A program made the translations under genes and the position numbers. A DNA stretch of 64,000 nucleotides from Waterburya sp. (GTDB lineage Bacteria > Cyanobacteriota > Cyanobacteriia > Cyanobacteriales > Xenococcaceae), in assembly GCA_965217895.1 (NCBI GenBank), contig CBDCJV010000002.1:992001-1056000 (forward strand), given 5' to 3'. This document shows positions 50,646 to 61,204 of the stretch, in pieces (within the stretch, counting starts at the first letter, position 1; every line of letters begins with the position of its first letter). The notes under the pieces were generated by a model. The model worked only from the letters and a program-made list of their open reading frames with translations. It was not told the origin of the DNA and searched no databases.

Positions 50646-51896
50646 ATGAGCGCGGAAATTATTTGCATTGGTACAGAATTACTTTTAGGCGATATCCTTA
50701 ATACCAACTGTCAGTATTTAGCTCAGGAGCTAGCCAGTTTAGGTATTCCCCATTACTATCAAACAGCAGTTGGTGATAATGTAGAACGTATCCATCAAAT
50801 ATTAAATATTGCGTGCGATCGCTCATCGATCTTAATTTTTACTGGTGGTTTAGGCCCAACGCCAGATGATTTAACCAACGAGACAATTGCTAGCTTTTTT
50901 AATACTCCCCTTGTCGAAGATCAGGCGATAATTCAAGACATTGCCAGCAAGTTTGCTTTAGTGGGGCGAGAGATGACCCCCAGCAACCGCAAACAGGCAT
51001 TAGTACCCCAAGGGGCAAAGACTTTACCTAACCCTACAGGAACAGCCCCAGGTATTATCTGGCAGCCAAAAGATGGCATTACCATTATGACTTTTCCTGG
51101 AGTTCCTTCAGAAATGCACCGAATGTGGCATGAAACCGCCGTTCCCTTCTTGAAAAGTCAAGGTTGGGGCAGAGATATCATTTATAGCGAAATGATGCGG
51201 TTTCGCGGTATTGGCGAGTCGGCTTTAGCAGAACAGGTCAATCATCTATTTGAATCTAATAACCCTACGGTTGCTCCCTATGCAGGTAAGGGAGAAGTTC
51301 GTCTGCGAGTTGCTGCCAAAGCTGCTTCTCAAGCAGAAGCTTTAGCCTTAATTAAGCCTGTAGCTACAGAAATAAAAAATATTGCGGGACTTAATTATTT
51401 TGGCAGTAATGAAGAAACTTTAGCTTCTGTAGTCGGAAAGCTATTGCAAGCTGCCCAGCAAACTTTAAGCGTGGCTGAATCTTGTACAGGTGGAGGCTTA
51501 GGATCTATGCTGACCGAAACTCCTGGAAGCTCCAGCTATTTTTTAGGGGGAATAATTGCCTATGCCAACCAGATCAAGGAAGGTTTATTAAACGTCAATT
51601 CTCAAGACTTAGTCAAGTATGGGGCAGTTAGTGAAACTGTTGCCGAGCAGATGGCTTTGGGAGTTAAGCAACAGCTACATACCGATTGGGGTATTAGTAT
51701 CACTGGTATAGCAGGCCCAGGGGACGATACAACCAATAAACCTGTGGGTTTAGTTTATATAGGTCTTGCCACTCCAGAAAATAAGACTATTATTCAAGAG
51801 TATAAGTTTGGTCATCAAAGAGGGCGCGAATTGACTCGTTACTTGAGTTCTTGTTCTGCCCTCGATTTGTTGCGTAGAACTATGATGAAAAATTAA
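50646..51896 (+). CDS. cinA: Competence/damage-inducible protein CinA
   Basis: GTELLLG, GGLGPTPDD, PGVPSEM and AESCTGG motifs. Confidence 0.95.
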   Translation: MSAEIICIGTELLLGDILNTNCQYLAQELASLGIPHYYQTAVGDNVERIHQILNIACDRSSILIFTGGLGPTPDDLTNETIASFFNTPLVEDQAIIQDIASKFALVGREMTPSNRKQALVPQGAKTLPNPTGTAPGIIWQPKDGITIMTFPGVPSEMHRMWHETAVPFLKSQGWGRDIIYSEMMRFRGIGESALAEQVNHLFESNNPTVAPYAGKGEVRLRVAAKAASQAEALALIKPVATEIKNIAGLNYFGSNEETLASVVGKLLQAAQQTLSVAESCTGGGLGSMLTETPGSSSYFLGGIIAYANQIKEGLLNVNSQDLVKYGAVSETVAEQMALGVKQQLHTDWGISITGIAGPGDDTTNKPVGLVYIGLATPENKTIIQEYKFGHQRGRELTRYLSSCSALDLLRRTMMKN

Positions 51897-52004
51897 AAGA
51901 TTAAACACTAAAGCGCAGCAAACCAAGTTAAATAAGCCTAGCCATGTAAAGGGTTAATTTTTGCTTGCCAAATACTAGCTTATCGTCTCAATCATTTATT
52001 ATCT

Positions 52005-52214
52005 TTAGCTGATGTCAAATTTGGTTTTGCTGTATAGCCAATCATAAATACGGTCTAGCTCTTCTAAAGTAACTAAACCATACTGCCACAAAATCATGGG
52101 AATAGGCGCGGGCTGATCTTCCACAGCGCGTTGGACAATATTAATGGAATCGTTGGAAAGAGATAATTCTTCTTTCAAAAACTTAACAAAATTCTTATAC
52201 ATGGCTGGTTTCAT
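52005..52214 (-). CDS. DUF2949-like small protein
   Basis: PMILWQYGLVTLEELDRIYDWL. Confidence 0.85.
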   Translation of the reverse strand: MKPAMYKNFVKFLKEELSLSNDSINIVQRAVEDQPAPIPMILWQYGLVTLEELDRIYDWLYSKTKFDIS

Positions 52215-52581
52215 GACTATTAACCTTTTATTTTAATTTCTCAGATTGATTCGTAGATATGACGTATTGCTCAAATAGCAAAAATTAAGCTTATGCTGCA
52301 CTAAGTTTGAATTCTTACTATTGTTGAAAATAAATAAAACTTTGCCTGTGTTTCAAATCACACTCGCCTAAAACTTCAATTTTCTTAGCAATTAATTCTT
52401 CGCGGTTCAACAAATTAAGAATTTCTATAATGACATATATTGGTCGGTAATATCACTTAATTTCAGCAAGTATAAAAAAGATAATATTTAATCCTCTTCT
52501 TTGCACTCTACCTATTGATAGAAATCTGGTCTGGAGTGATAAACGTGCCAGCAAAATTAATCGTTACTAAACAATATCTCC

Positions 52582-52625
52582 TCGCCAACAATTAAGTTGC
52601 TCAATATTAGCTTAATTGTTGGCGA
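52582..52625. terminator. 15-bp-arm hairpin after the DUF192 gene
   Basis: TCGCCAACAATTAAG/CTTAATTGTTGGCGA. Confidence 0.6.
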
Positions 52626-52661
52626 TCGCCCTATAATGCTAGATTTACTTTAGATTTCGAT

Positions 52662-53156
52662 TCAAGAATCTGATTGGCGAATCGTTATTTTATCCCCTGC
52701 CTTGATTCCTAGCTCCTTAGCTCTTCCGCCTCTTAATTCAATTACTTTATTCACCAAAGCATCAGGCCCATATATAGGACATGGTTCAGCTTTGCAAGGA
52801 GGTACATCAGCAGCAATGCTGACAATCTGGTTGCTATTTAGAAAAATCATATCTAAAGATATAGATACATTTTTCATCCAAAAGCTGGCTAGTCGCTCTT
52901 GGGCAAAGGGAAATAACATTCCTCGATCAGCTGCTAAAGACTCGCGATACATTAAGCCTATAGCCTGTTGTTCGGAAGTTTGAGCGACCTCTAGTTGAAT
53001 AGTTTTTCCTGCCATCTCAGCAGCAGCAGTAATAGGTAACATCTGTCCTTGTTGAATCTCTTCTGAAGCATTGGCTATAGTTTTTTGGGTATTCGCCAAG
53101 GAAGAACAGCTAGATAATAAAATCAAGAATATAAGGCTAATTTTTAGTTTAATCAT
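52662..53156 (-). CDS. DUF192-family lipoprotein
   Basis: GLMYR, GMLFPF, FWMKN and VIELRGG motifs. Confidence 0.9.
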   Translation of the reverse strand: MIKLKISLIFLILLSSCSSLANTQKTIANASEEIQQGQMLPITAAAEMAGKTIQLEVAQTSEQQAIGLMYRESLAADRGMLFPFAQERLASFWMKNVSISLDMIFLNSNQIVSIAADVPPCKAEPCPIYGPDALVNKVIELRGGRAKELGIKAGDKITIRQSDS

Positions 53157-53840
53157 TTAAGGCTCTCGTAAAACATAACCAATCCCTCTAACCGTTTGGA
53201 TCAATCTTTTATGGTTTTGGCTTTCTATTTTAAGTCGTAAATAACGAATATACACTTCGATGACGTTAGATTCGCCACGATAATTGTATCCCCAAACGTT
53301 TTCAATTATTTCTTCTCTGGTCATCACCTGTTGAGGATTAGACATTAAGTATTTGAGCAGTTCAAACTCTTTCATGGTTAAATCGATGAGCCGATCGCTT
53401 CTAACTACCTGACGAGTACTCAAATCTAAGACTAATTCTCCAAACCTCAACTGTTGGGAGCTACTAACTTCTGGCTGGAGATAAAGATTAATTTGCTCTA
53501 ACAGCTTGTCCCGTTGATAGGGTTTGAGCAAGTAATCATCTGCCCCAGCCTCCAAACAAGCTACTCTTTCGGCAACTGTTTCTTGTTCGACTAACATCAA
53601 GACAGGTATTCGCTCTTGAGCATTTCTCAATTGACGACACAAATCAAGTCCTAGTTGTCCTGTAAAAACCTGGTCAAAGATGACCATAGCTGGTTTGTAC
53701 TGACTTAGCCTTGACCATCCTTTGGTAACTTTTTCGACAACGACAGAATAACCAACAGCTTGAATATCCTGACTAGCTGCGTGAGCAAAAGTACTGTCGG
53801 TAAGTAGGAGAACTAACGATGGATCTGTATTAGCGATCAT
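53157..53840 (-). CDS. nblR: OmpR-family response regulator, NblR-like
   Basis: Atypical receiver (no N-terminal acidic pair, no Thr/Ser); ACLEAGADDY and ESNVIEVYIRYLR; nadK-RR-DUF192 gene context. Confidence 0.75.
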   Translation of the reverse strand: MIANTDPSLVLLLTDSTFAHAASQDIQAVGYSVVVEKVTKGWSRLSQYKPAMVIFDQVFTGQLGLDLCRQLRNAQERIPVLMLVEQETVAERVACLEAGADDYLLKPYQRDKLLEQINLYLQPEVSSSQQLRFGELVLDLSTRQVVRSDRLIDLTMKEFELLKYLMSNPQQVMTREEIIENVWGYNYRGESNVIEVYIRYLRLKIESQNHKRLIQTVRGIGYVLREP

Positions 53841-53925
53841 AAGTTTACCATTCTAGGTTGAGAGAATCATCGGTAATCATTCAACAGCTAGCAATAAATA
53901 TATTTTTGTCGCTGTTTGTTTAAGT

Positions 53926-54849
53926 TTAAGGAAGCTCAACCGAAGTTGGTTTGGCAATATGCGGCAGTCCCCAACCTAGCTTTTCTCTTAGGACACGGAA
54001 AAACTCAGGGGATTGGAGACGGATAAAACGAGCAGGATAGACTGATTTTTTGATTTGAATATGATCGTCAGGCAAAATATAGCATCCACCGTTGCCATCT
54101 ACCACCATTACCATGCGATTAGCAGTGGCGGGAAATATTTTAACAGGTTCGCGATCGCTAAATACCAATGCTCTAGAAGCCAGGGAATGAGGGCAAATTG
54201 GCGCAAGCTGCAATACAGGAACTTCAGGAGTGACTACAGGCCCTCCTGCACTTAAGGAATAGGCGGTAGAGCCTGTAGGAGTAGAAATTATAATGCCGTC
54301 TGCTGCTACATCTACTGGCGCGTGTTCACCAATTTGGATTTCAAAATGACACATACTAGTAAGTGGTTCTCGATGCAAAACCATCTCGTTAAGGCTCAAT
54401 GCTTCCCATAATAAAGCCTGATTGCGAAATACTCTGACCGCGAGCATAGAACGCTCCTCTATCTTGTAGTCTTGAGCTAAAAGCTTTTCTATGGCTTCGT
54501 CTAAATGACTAAGGAAGGTTTCGGTCAGAAAACCCATGTGACCTGTATTTACAGTTAGCAAAGGTATTCCACAGGGGGCGAGTTGCCTACAGGCAGACAA
54601 GACTGTGCCATCTCCACCTAAGACCACGGCAAATTTGACATCTCGATCAAAGTTGGATGGGGTCAATTGTTCAATTTTGGTATGACAGACTGGGCTTCCT
54701 GGAGTTGAATATTCCAGAATACCTCCTACTCCTGTGGTCATACGCACATCCCAGCCAGCAGCAGTGAGTTTTTCTTCTATTTCCGAGGCAATTTTGCAAG
54801 CTACTGGCTTGATATCGTTATAAACAACGCCGGCTTTTGGCTTTGGCAC
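53926..54849 (-). CDS. nadK: NAD(+) kinase
   Basis: LGGDGT, GHMGFL, LNE and [21 protein letters not shown] motifs. Confidence 0.95.
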   Translation of the reverse strand: MPKPKAGVVYNDIKPVACKIASEIEEKLTAAGWDVRMTTGVGGILEYSTPGSPVCHTKIEQLTPSNFDRDVKFAVVLGGDGTVLSACRQLAPCGIPLLTVNTGHMGFLTETFLSHLDEAIEKLLAQDYKIEERSMLAVRVFRNQALLWEALSLNEMVLHREPLTSMCHFEIQIGEHAPVDVAADGIIISTPTGSTAYSLSAGGPVVTPEVPVLQLAPICPHSLASRALVFSDREPVKIFPATANRMVMVVDGNGGCYILPDDHIQIKKSVYPARFIRLQSPEFFRVLREKLGWGLPHIAKPTSVELP

Positions 54850-54989
54850 AACTAACTATCCTGTGTAATAATCTGGTCGCAATTAAACAAAGCTATGGGC
54901 TAAAAATTAATGGTCAATAGCAAATTTACAATCACCATAATCTGAAATTTAGATAACTTTTTAACAAAGCTTTTAGCTATTAGCTAAAC

Positions 54990-55110
54990 GGGTCTAAGCC
55001 CCCTTTTCTATCTCGAAGAGATAAAAAGTCGCACAACGCGAAGCGTTGAGTCGCGTCTGCGACGCTCTGGGCGGGAATCGCCCTGCATTAAAAGTAGTTC
55101 GGGCGGTCAA
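54990..55110. repeat. Nested short palindromic repeats
   Basis: CTTTTCTATCTC-GAA-GAGATAAAAAG; AGTCGC-ACAACGC-GAA-GCGTTG-AGTCGC; GGGCG/CGCCC. Confidence 0.6.
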
Positions 55111-55240
55111 CTCTTAAATTACTATTATCTAGCCTATCGTGGAGCAGCTAAAAATCATAGTCTAGTTTGCTGATTTTAAAAAGATATTTAGACAGATATT
55201 TAGACAGTAAGCAAGCAGTCTTATTTTTTACCGAAAATTA

Positions 55241-55475
55241 AGCGTTGCTGAATGTGTAATGCTAAAACATTATTTACTCTAGCCGTTTGCAAACAAGAAC
55301 TTCTCAAATGCTAATAGCTTAAAGCTTAAAGTTACGGACAGTGTTCTTTTATGTGTCATTACTGTCTTGAACGAGTTGCTCATTGAGGGAAAGCCAAGGC
55401 GCGTTTTGAGTGAGAAGTTTCCCACTCAAAAGCCGCCGTCCCAAGACCGCACTCGTTCGCTAAATCAGCAACGCC
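55241..55475. mobile_element. MITE-like element flanked by TA
   Basis: TA|AGCGTTGCTGAAT ... AATCAGCAACGCC|TA. Contains the nested hairpin TTTTGAGTG/CACTCAAAA. Confidence 0.65.
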
Positions 55476-55855
55476 TAAAATAGTATCCGATTAAGCGATC
55501 GCCATTTTTTTTGCCTGATGAGATAGCTTGCCAGCCTTGTTGTTTGAGTCTTACTAGCTCTTAGATTTTGGTTAATCCTGATTATGTGTCACTGTCGATA
55601 AACCAGGATCTAATTTCATTACTTCTCTTATTTTATAACTGGCAACTTGAGTTAGATATAAATAAATTAAATTTTTACCTAGAATTAAGATTTTGTTTGT
55701 AAAATTAAGCTAATTGAGTATTGTGTCAAATATAAAGGTGTCATACTACGAAACTTTGGCGATATTTAAGAGCTTTATTATCGTTTCACTAAACTAACTT
55801 GGCAGTATGACACTTTTGAAACATTAACATTAGTAAAGTTAGGAAATTATCTCAG

Positions 55856-57109
55856 ATGGCAAACACGGAACATTTGGCATTAATCAAAGAAGATGTATCA
55901 GTATGGAATAACTGGTATAAGAAAAATAAAAAGGTAGTTCCGGACTTATCTAATGCCAATCTTAGTAATATTAACTTGAGCGGTATCAACCTTCACAAGG
56001 CAGATTTAAGATCTGCCAATCTTAGTAATACAGATCTGAGTAAGGCTCAACTAGACAATGCTAACTTGGAAGGAGCAAATCTTTTAAAAGCAAATTTACA
56101 AGATGCTAATTTAAAAGGGGCAAGTCTTGACTTTGTAATTTTTTCTCAAGCTAAAATAAATTCTAAAACGATAATTGCCGATAAAAACCGTTGTGTTTAC
56201 AATATTATCAACAATACAGCAGAGAATAAAAACTTTACAGGTGCTGATTTAAGCAATTCTAATTTATTTCGTGCTGATTTAAACAATGCCGATCTTAGCA
56301 ATGCCAAATTAGTTAACGCTAATTTAAATAGTGCAAATCTTAGTAATGCTTATCTTTATCGAGCAGATTTGACTAAAGCCAATTTGCAAAATGCAGACTT
56401 AAAAAATGCTTATTTAAGTCAAGCCAATTTAACTAATGCCAATCTAGCTAAAGCATCATGTAATGGCACATATTTAAAAGATGCAGAGCTAAAGTTTGCT
56501 AATTTAAAGACAACCAAACTTAGTCACAAAACTATGATCGATTCCAAATGGTACTCAGTTTGGGAAATAGTGAATCGGGGTGCAGTTGGCAAGAATTTGA
56601 GCGGTATGGATTTTAGTCAGGCAAATCTGCAAGGAGTCAACTTCGAGAAAGCTAATTTAAGCAACGCTAAGTTAACTGAGGCGATTTTAAGTCATAGCAA
56701 CTTAACCGATGCTAATCTGACTAATACCGATCTTACAGGGGCAGATATTCGTAACGTTGACCTAGATAAGACTAATCTGCAAAAGACAAAATCAAAGTCA
56801 GCAGTTGGTAGTCATGATAATCATTTACCTGCTACTAAAAGTTTCGATCAGTCTAATGTAATGATTAAGGAAAAACCTATAGCTGAAACCAGAACTCTAA
56901 ATCGGTCTACAGCTACGTCTAAGACAACTGAACAAGTTTTAACTAAAAACAATCAGAAACAAAGCAAAAATAGAAGCATCATCAGTATATTGTCATTAGG
57001 AATTATTGTTACTTTTGGGGCTGCCAGCTACTTATTTTTACAGCAAAGCCCCAATTTTTCTGGTCAATCTTGGCAACAAAAGCTAGAACAATTAATTCCA
57101 GCAAAATAA
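55856..57109 (+). CDS. Pentapeptide-repeat protein with C-terminal TM anchor
   Basis: A(N/D)LxxA repeats in three blocks and a hydrophobic C-terminal helix. Confidence 0.92.
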   Translation: MANTEHLALIKEDVSVWNNWYKKNKKVVPDLSNANLSNINLSGINLHKADLRSANLSNTDLSKAQLDNANLEGANLLKANLQDANLKGASLDFVIFSQAKINSKTIIADKNRCVYNIINNTAENKNFTGADLSNSNLFRADLNNADLSNAKLVNANLNSANLSNAYLYRADLTKANLQNADLKNAYLSQANLTNANLAKASCNGTYLKDAELKFANLKTTKLSHKTMIDSKWYSVWEIVNRGAVGKNLSGMDFSQANLQGVNFEKANLSNAKLTEAILSHSNLTDANLTNTDLTGADIRNVDLDKTNLQKTKSKSAVGSHDNHLPATKSFDQSNVMIKEKPIAETRTLNRSTATSKTTEQVLTKNNQKQSKNRSIISILSLGIIVTFGAASYLFLQQSPNFSGQSWQQKLEQLIPAK

Positions 57110-57238
57110 GTTGCCAATTTTGGACATGAGATTAATAGTAATAAATCAATAGTAAGACTGTTGGCGAGTCCAAGCTTTTGAACTACCGGCACAAATTACT
57201 ATATAGAAAAATATTAAATTAGTTCTCGCCTATAGAAA

Positions 57239-57880
57239 TTAGCGAGGAAACTTCAAGCCAACATAGCCCATAATGCTATCTCTGCCAGGATTAGCTCCAA
57301 ATAAGTCTGCATGGGAAATATGATACCAGCGCAACCCTAACATCAGCCTTCTTTCATGCTTGAGCTTAAAACTTATCCCGCCTCCAGCTTGGGGGGTAAA
57401 GTTAAAGCTCGCTCCTTTACTGGGAACATCGCTAGTTGTACCCAGGACTCCCGCACCCCCATCAACATAAAGCGACCAATTGGGTTTACGAATAAAGTGC
57501 CATCGCATCAAAAGGGCTAGATTAAGTCCAAGAGCATCGTTATCTGATTGATTGAAATAAATAGTGTTTAACTCTAGATTGATGCTATGACCATTAAATA
57601 AAAATTTAGATATTCCTGCACCAACTAAGGCAAAGCGAGCAGGATCGGGTTCTTTATTATCCAAGGTAGTTGCTACTGCACCCTGAATATACCAGTATTT
57701 TTGTCCTTTAGTACCAAAAGTAACAGGGGAATCAGCTTGAAGCTGTTTAATTGGAGTCGAATCTGCCTGGGGCGATTGCAAAATTAACAACAGCACCGAT
57801 AATAGAAGCACTGTGCCATGATAGATGTTGTTTTTATTCCTTGGAACTGCGGTTTTATGCTTCAAAATTAATGATGGCAT
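57239..57880 (-). CDS. PagL-like acyloxyacyl hydrolase / lipid A deacylase beta-barrel
   Basis: FNFTPQAGGG and RWYHISHA..NPG (His-x-Ser) motifs. Confidence 0.75.
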   Translation of the reverse strand: MPSLILKHKTAVPRNKNNIYHGTVLLLSVLLLILQSPQADSTPIKQLQADSPVTFGTKGQKYWYIQGAVATTLDNKEPDPARFALVGAGISKFLFNGHSINLELNTIYFNQSDNDALGLNLALLMRWHFIRKPNWSLYVDGGAGVLGTTSDVPSKGASFNFTPQAGGGISFKLKHERRLMLGLRWYHISHADLFGANPGRDSIMGYVGLKFPR

Positions 57881-57928
57881 TAGATAACTTTTTAAATCAC
57901 AGTTTATATTAGCTTTTTTTGATGATAA

Positions 57929-59683
57929 ATGTCTTTTGAAAAGTATCGAAAAATTTTTGCTCCGTCTCCAGTAATTTTATTAGTAATTATATTATTACTA
58001 GGATTTTTTTTTCGCTTTACTAATTTAGAAAGTAAAGTATTTTGGGTAGATGAGGTTTCTACTGCAGTTAGAGCTTCTGGCTACACTATTCCAGAGGTTA
58101 CTAATGATTTAATACAGCAGGAAATCGTCGATCGCGAGGCTTTGTTTTCTTATCAGAGATTAAGTCCTGATAAAACTTTTAGAGATAGTTTTAATGCTTT
58201 GACTAAAAGCCCAGAACACGCTCCGCTTTATTTTTTATTAATTAGAGTATGGATGCAGCTATGGGGAGATTCAATATCTATTATACGGAGTTTTTCCGCT
58301 TGCATAAGCTTATTAGTTTTTCCCAGCTTGTATTGGCTATGTCAGGAATTGTTTAACAGACGGTTAGTTAGCTGGTTAGCTGTCATGTTGATGAGCGTTT
58401 CACCTTTTTATGTGGCTTATGCTCAAGAAGCCCGCCCCTATAGCTTGTGGACGGTGGCTATATTATTAATGAGTGCGAGTTTTTTAAGGGCAATTAAATT
58501 TAACAATAAGCAGTCTTGGATACTATACAGCTTTAGTTTGATAATAGGTTTTTATACTTCCCTATTTTCTTTATATGTAGCTTTTTTCCAAGGTATTTAT
58601 TTATTGCTTACATTATCTAAAAAGCGTTTAAAGGTATGCAAAAACTATCTATTGTTTTCTATTGTTTCTCTCATAGCTTTCATTCCTTGGATAATAGTAA
58701 TTATTAATAATATAAATTTATTACATAAGAATACTAGCTGGATGAGAGGCAATTTTAATCTACCTGATATTATTGCTGTCTATTTTGGTACAAATTTATT
58801 AATATTTGGCGATTTACCCATATCCCAAAACTCTAATTCGATCCACACAGCCATAGCCTTAATTACAATTACTATTTCTAGTTTAGCTGCAATAAAAGTA
58901 TCTTCAAGCTGGAAAAAAAAGCTGGCTAAATTTGCCTTATGGTTAACTGTTATTGGCAGTATATTACTATTATCTAACTACATATATTTAGATTGGACAA
59001 CTATAATTGGTGCATTAGTTGCCTTATGTATCTTTAGTTTATCTATTTATTCTATATATTATTTGATAGTAAATACCAAACGAGATCGCTGGCTTTTTAT
59101 TATTACTTTGATGCTTTCTCTACCAGTGCCGTTACTGCTAACCGATATTATTAATCAAGGGCAAAGTTCAACTGCACCCAGATATTTAATTCCCTTACAG
59201 TTGGGAATTTTAATTGCAGTGGCATATACATTAAGCAGTAAAATTATAGCTATTCAAAGACAAAATTTTTGGCAGTTTGTGATTGTATTTTTTTTAACAT
59301 TAGGCGTTTTTTCTTGCGTACGTAACTTAAACCTGTCACCATTTTATCAGAAGGGAAGAAATATTAATAATCCTGCGATCGCCAAAATAATTAATCAAAA
59401 CAATTCAGCTTTGTTAATTGCAGAATATAATAGTACTATGGATTCTTTTTCTTTAGCCTATTCCTTATCTCCACAGGTAAAGTATAAAGTAATTAGTCAG
59501 GGAGAAAACTTAGATAAATACACGAACAACTTTGAAAATGTATATGTCTTAAAGCCATCTCTACAGTTAAAACAAAAATTAAAATATAATAGGCAAATTA
59601 ATTTAAACCAGGTATATAAAGCTCATGTATTTAGTGCTGATGAATTTCCTTTAGATCTTTGGAAGGTTAATTCTACGAGATAA
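57929..59683 (+). CDS. GT-C (family 39-like) membrane glycosyltransferase
   Basis: FWVDEV, PEHAPLYF, YAQEARPYSL and PRYLIP motifs. Confidence 0.88.
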   Translation: MSFEKYRKIFAPSPVILLVIILLLGFFFRFTNLESKVFWVDEVSTAVRASGYTIPEVTNDLIQQEIVDREALFSYQRLSPDKTFRDSFNALTKSPEHAPLYFLLIRVWMQLWGDSISIIRSFSACISLLVFPSLYWLCQELFNRRLVSWLAVMLMSVSPFYVAYAQEARPYSLWTVAILLMSASFLRAIKFNNKQSWILYSFSLIIGFYTSLFSLYVAFFQGIYLLLTLSKKRLKVCKNYLLFSIVSLIAFIPWIIVIINNINLLHKNTSWMRGNFNLPDIIAVYFGTNLLIFGDLPISQNSNSIHTAIALITITISSLAAIKVSSSWKKKLAKFALWLTVIGSILLLSNYIYLDWTTIIGALVALCIFSLSIYSIYYLIVNTKRDRWLFIITLMLSLPVPLLLTDIINQGQSSTAPRYLIPLQLGILIAVAYTLSSKIIAIQRQNFWQFVIVFFLTLGVFSCVRNLNLSPFYQKGRNINNPAIAKIINQNNSALLIAEYNSTMDSFSLAYSLSPQVKYKVISQGENLDKYTNNFENVYVLKPSLQLKQKLKYNRQINLNQVYKAHVFSADEFPLDLWKVNSTR

Positions 59684-59806
59684 AAGTTTTTGGGCTGACA
59701 GAAATTTCCGCGCCCAATCTAGTTATATCAACCCCTCTCTGTCAACTCCCCAATTCTCTTATTTTTCAACGCCTCGATACTTTAATCTCACTTTTTTGCC
59801 AGTCAA

Positions 59807-61132
59807 TTAGGGTAAATATTTAGCATATTTTTGATAAACATTTATTCCTGGTATATCTGCTTCAAATTCTTGCGGTATTTGATATTGTTCTGATGTATAT
59901 TCTTGACGTACCATAGCAATATTTTTGTAAGTTTTCTCCCACCTTTTTAGCAGTTCAACTAATTGCTCAAACTGAATATACGATTTTCCATGTCGATTCA
60001 TTAGACCTAATATTTGTAAAACTCGTGCATAAGCTTTAGCAGTGTTTTCTGCTTCAGAAATACCAAGAATAGGAGCAAGTTTTTCAAAAGCCTCGTAATG
60101 TTCTAAAACTGAAGAAATTAGATCTTGAGGGGACAACAGTTCTTTTGCCTGAAGACTTTCTACTACGTCAGATACTTTTTTTAAGATAGAAAAATCTTGT
60201 AATTCATATTTTTTGAATAGAGCTAAAAGTTTTAAACCTAAACTATACTGACTCAAAACATTAATTTCTTTAACATAAGCATCAATTGCTTCTTTTCCTT
60301 CTTCGGTATTAATCAAAGGCAAAACTTCTGCTTGTTTCTTTTTAACTTGTTCCGCAAAAGCTTCTTTATCAATGTCTTCTACTAAATTGTCAGCAACGTA
60401 ATTATAAAATTCTTGTTGCTTGCGACTACGATATCGTAATTCTGTTGATTCTAGCTTTAAAAAACTTTTTTGAGCAATAATCGCTGCTTTTAATAGTTCA
60501 ACGCTGCTATTAAGCTCTGGATAACCTTCAGTTTCTTTGACAACATTAATATTAAACATAATTAATTGTTTAAACTCTTCATTACCAAATTTTTCATCAT
60601 TAATTTTTTCGGCATTATTACCAATAACAGTAATTTCTTTAAAGGCGCGATTGTGCAATATAACTGAACCTCCAGGAACTTTTGGCTTACCAAATTTTTC
60701 TTCTATATTACTTTTAAATACTCCTCCCAATCCTTTGACAAAAGGAATGCTTATTAGTATGACTAAAAGAGTTGCTGGTAAACCAATCGTCAGCATTTTA
60801 AACGCTAAAGACTGTGGTAATTTAGATGATTCATCCCTAGATAAATTTCCAGAATTATCTTTTTGCTGTAAGTCCTGAAGTTTATTAAAGTTTTCAAGTT
60901 TTTCCTGTCTCTTTTGTAAGGCATCAACCATCTCATCTTCCGTTTGAGGAGAATTTTCATTAGTTGAAGTTGCTGGTTTTTGTGCCAACTCTACCGTATT
61001 TTTGGCACTTTGTACCGAAGATAAAAGCTTGAGCTTATTATTAGAAGTTAAGGCATCAGCATTAGGAATTTCCATAGTGCTTAAACCTAAAATTGAAACG
61101 GCAACCAAGCTGATATTTTGCAAATTCCCCAT
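59807..61132 (-). CDS. Hypothetical membrane-anchored helical protein
   Basis: 441-aa ORF with a signal peptide, one TM segment and a helical cytoplasmic part. Confidence 0.75.
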   Translation of the reverse strand: MGNLQNISLVAVSILGLSTMEIPNADALTSNNKLKLLSSVQSAKNTVELAQKPATSTNENSPQTEDEMVDALQKRQEKLENFNKLQDLQQKDNSGNLSRDESSKLPQSLAFKMLTIGLPATLLVILISIPFVKGLGGVFKSNIEEKFGKPKVPGGSVILHNRAFKEITVIGNNAEKINDEKFGNEEFKQLIMFNINVVKETEGYPELNSSVELLKAAIIAQKSFLKLESTELRYRSRKQQEFYNYVADNLVEDIDKEAFAEQVKKKQAEVLPLINTEEGKEAIDAYVKEINVLSQYSLGLKLLALFKKYELQDFSILKKVSDVVESLQAKELLSPQDLISSVLEHYEAFEKLAPILGISEAENTAKAYARVLQILGLMNRHGKSYIQFEQLVELLKRWEKTYKNIAMVRQEYTSEQYQIPQEFEADIPGINVYQKYAKYLP

Positions 61133-61204
61133 AATAATTTATCTAAAAACTTAAAAACTACAGTCTCAAGTTATTGTTCCCATTTACCATTAGGGATTTA
61201 CTGT

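Noticed and set aside
55182..55207. 12-bp tandem duplication AGATATTTAGAC x2
   Set aside because: A simple local duplication with no further structure.
54990..55480. CRISPR array or IS200/IS605 end in the palindrome-rich region
   Set aside because: There are no regularly spaced identical repeats with unique spacers and no tnpA/tnpB/cas gene in the window.
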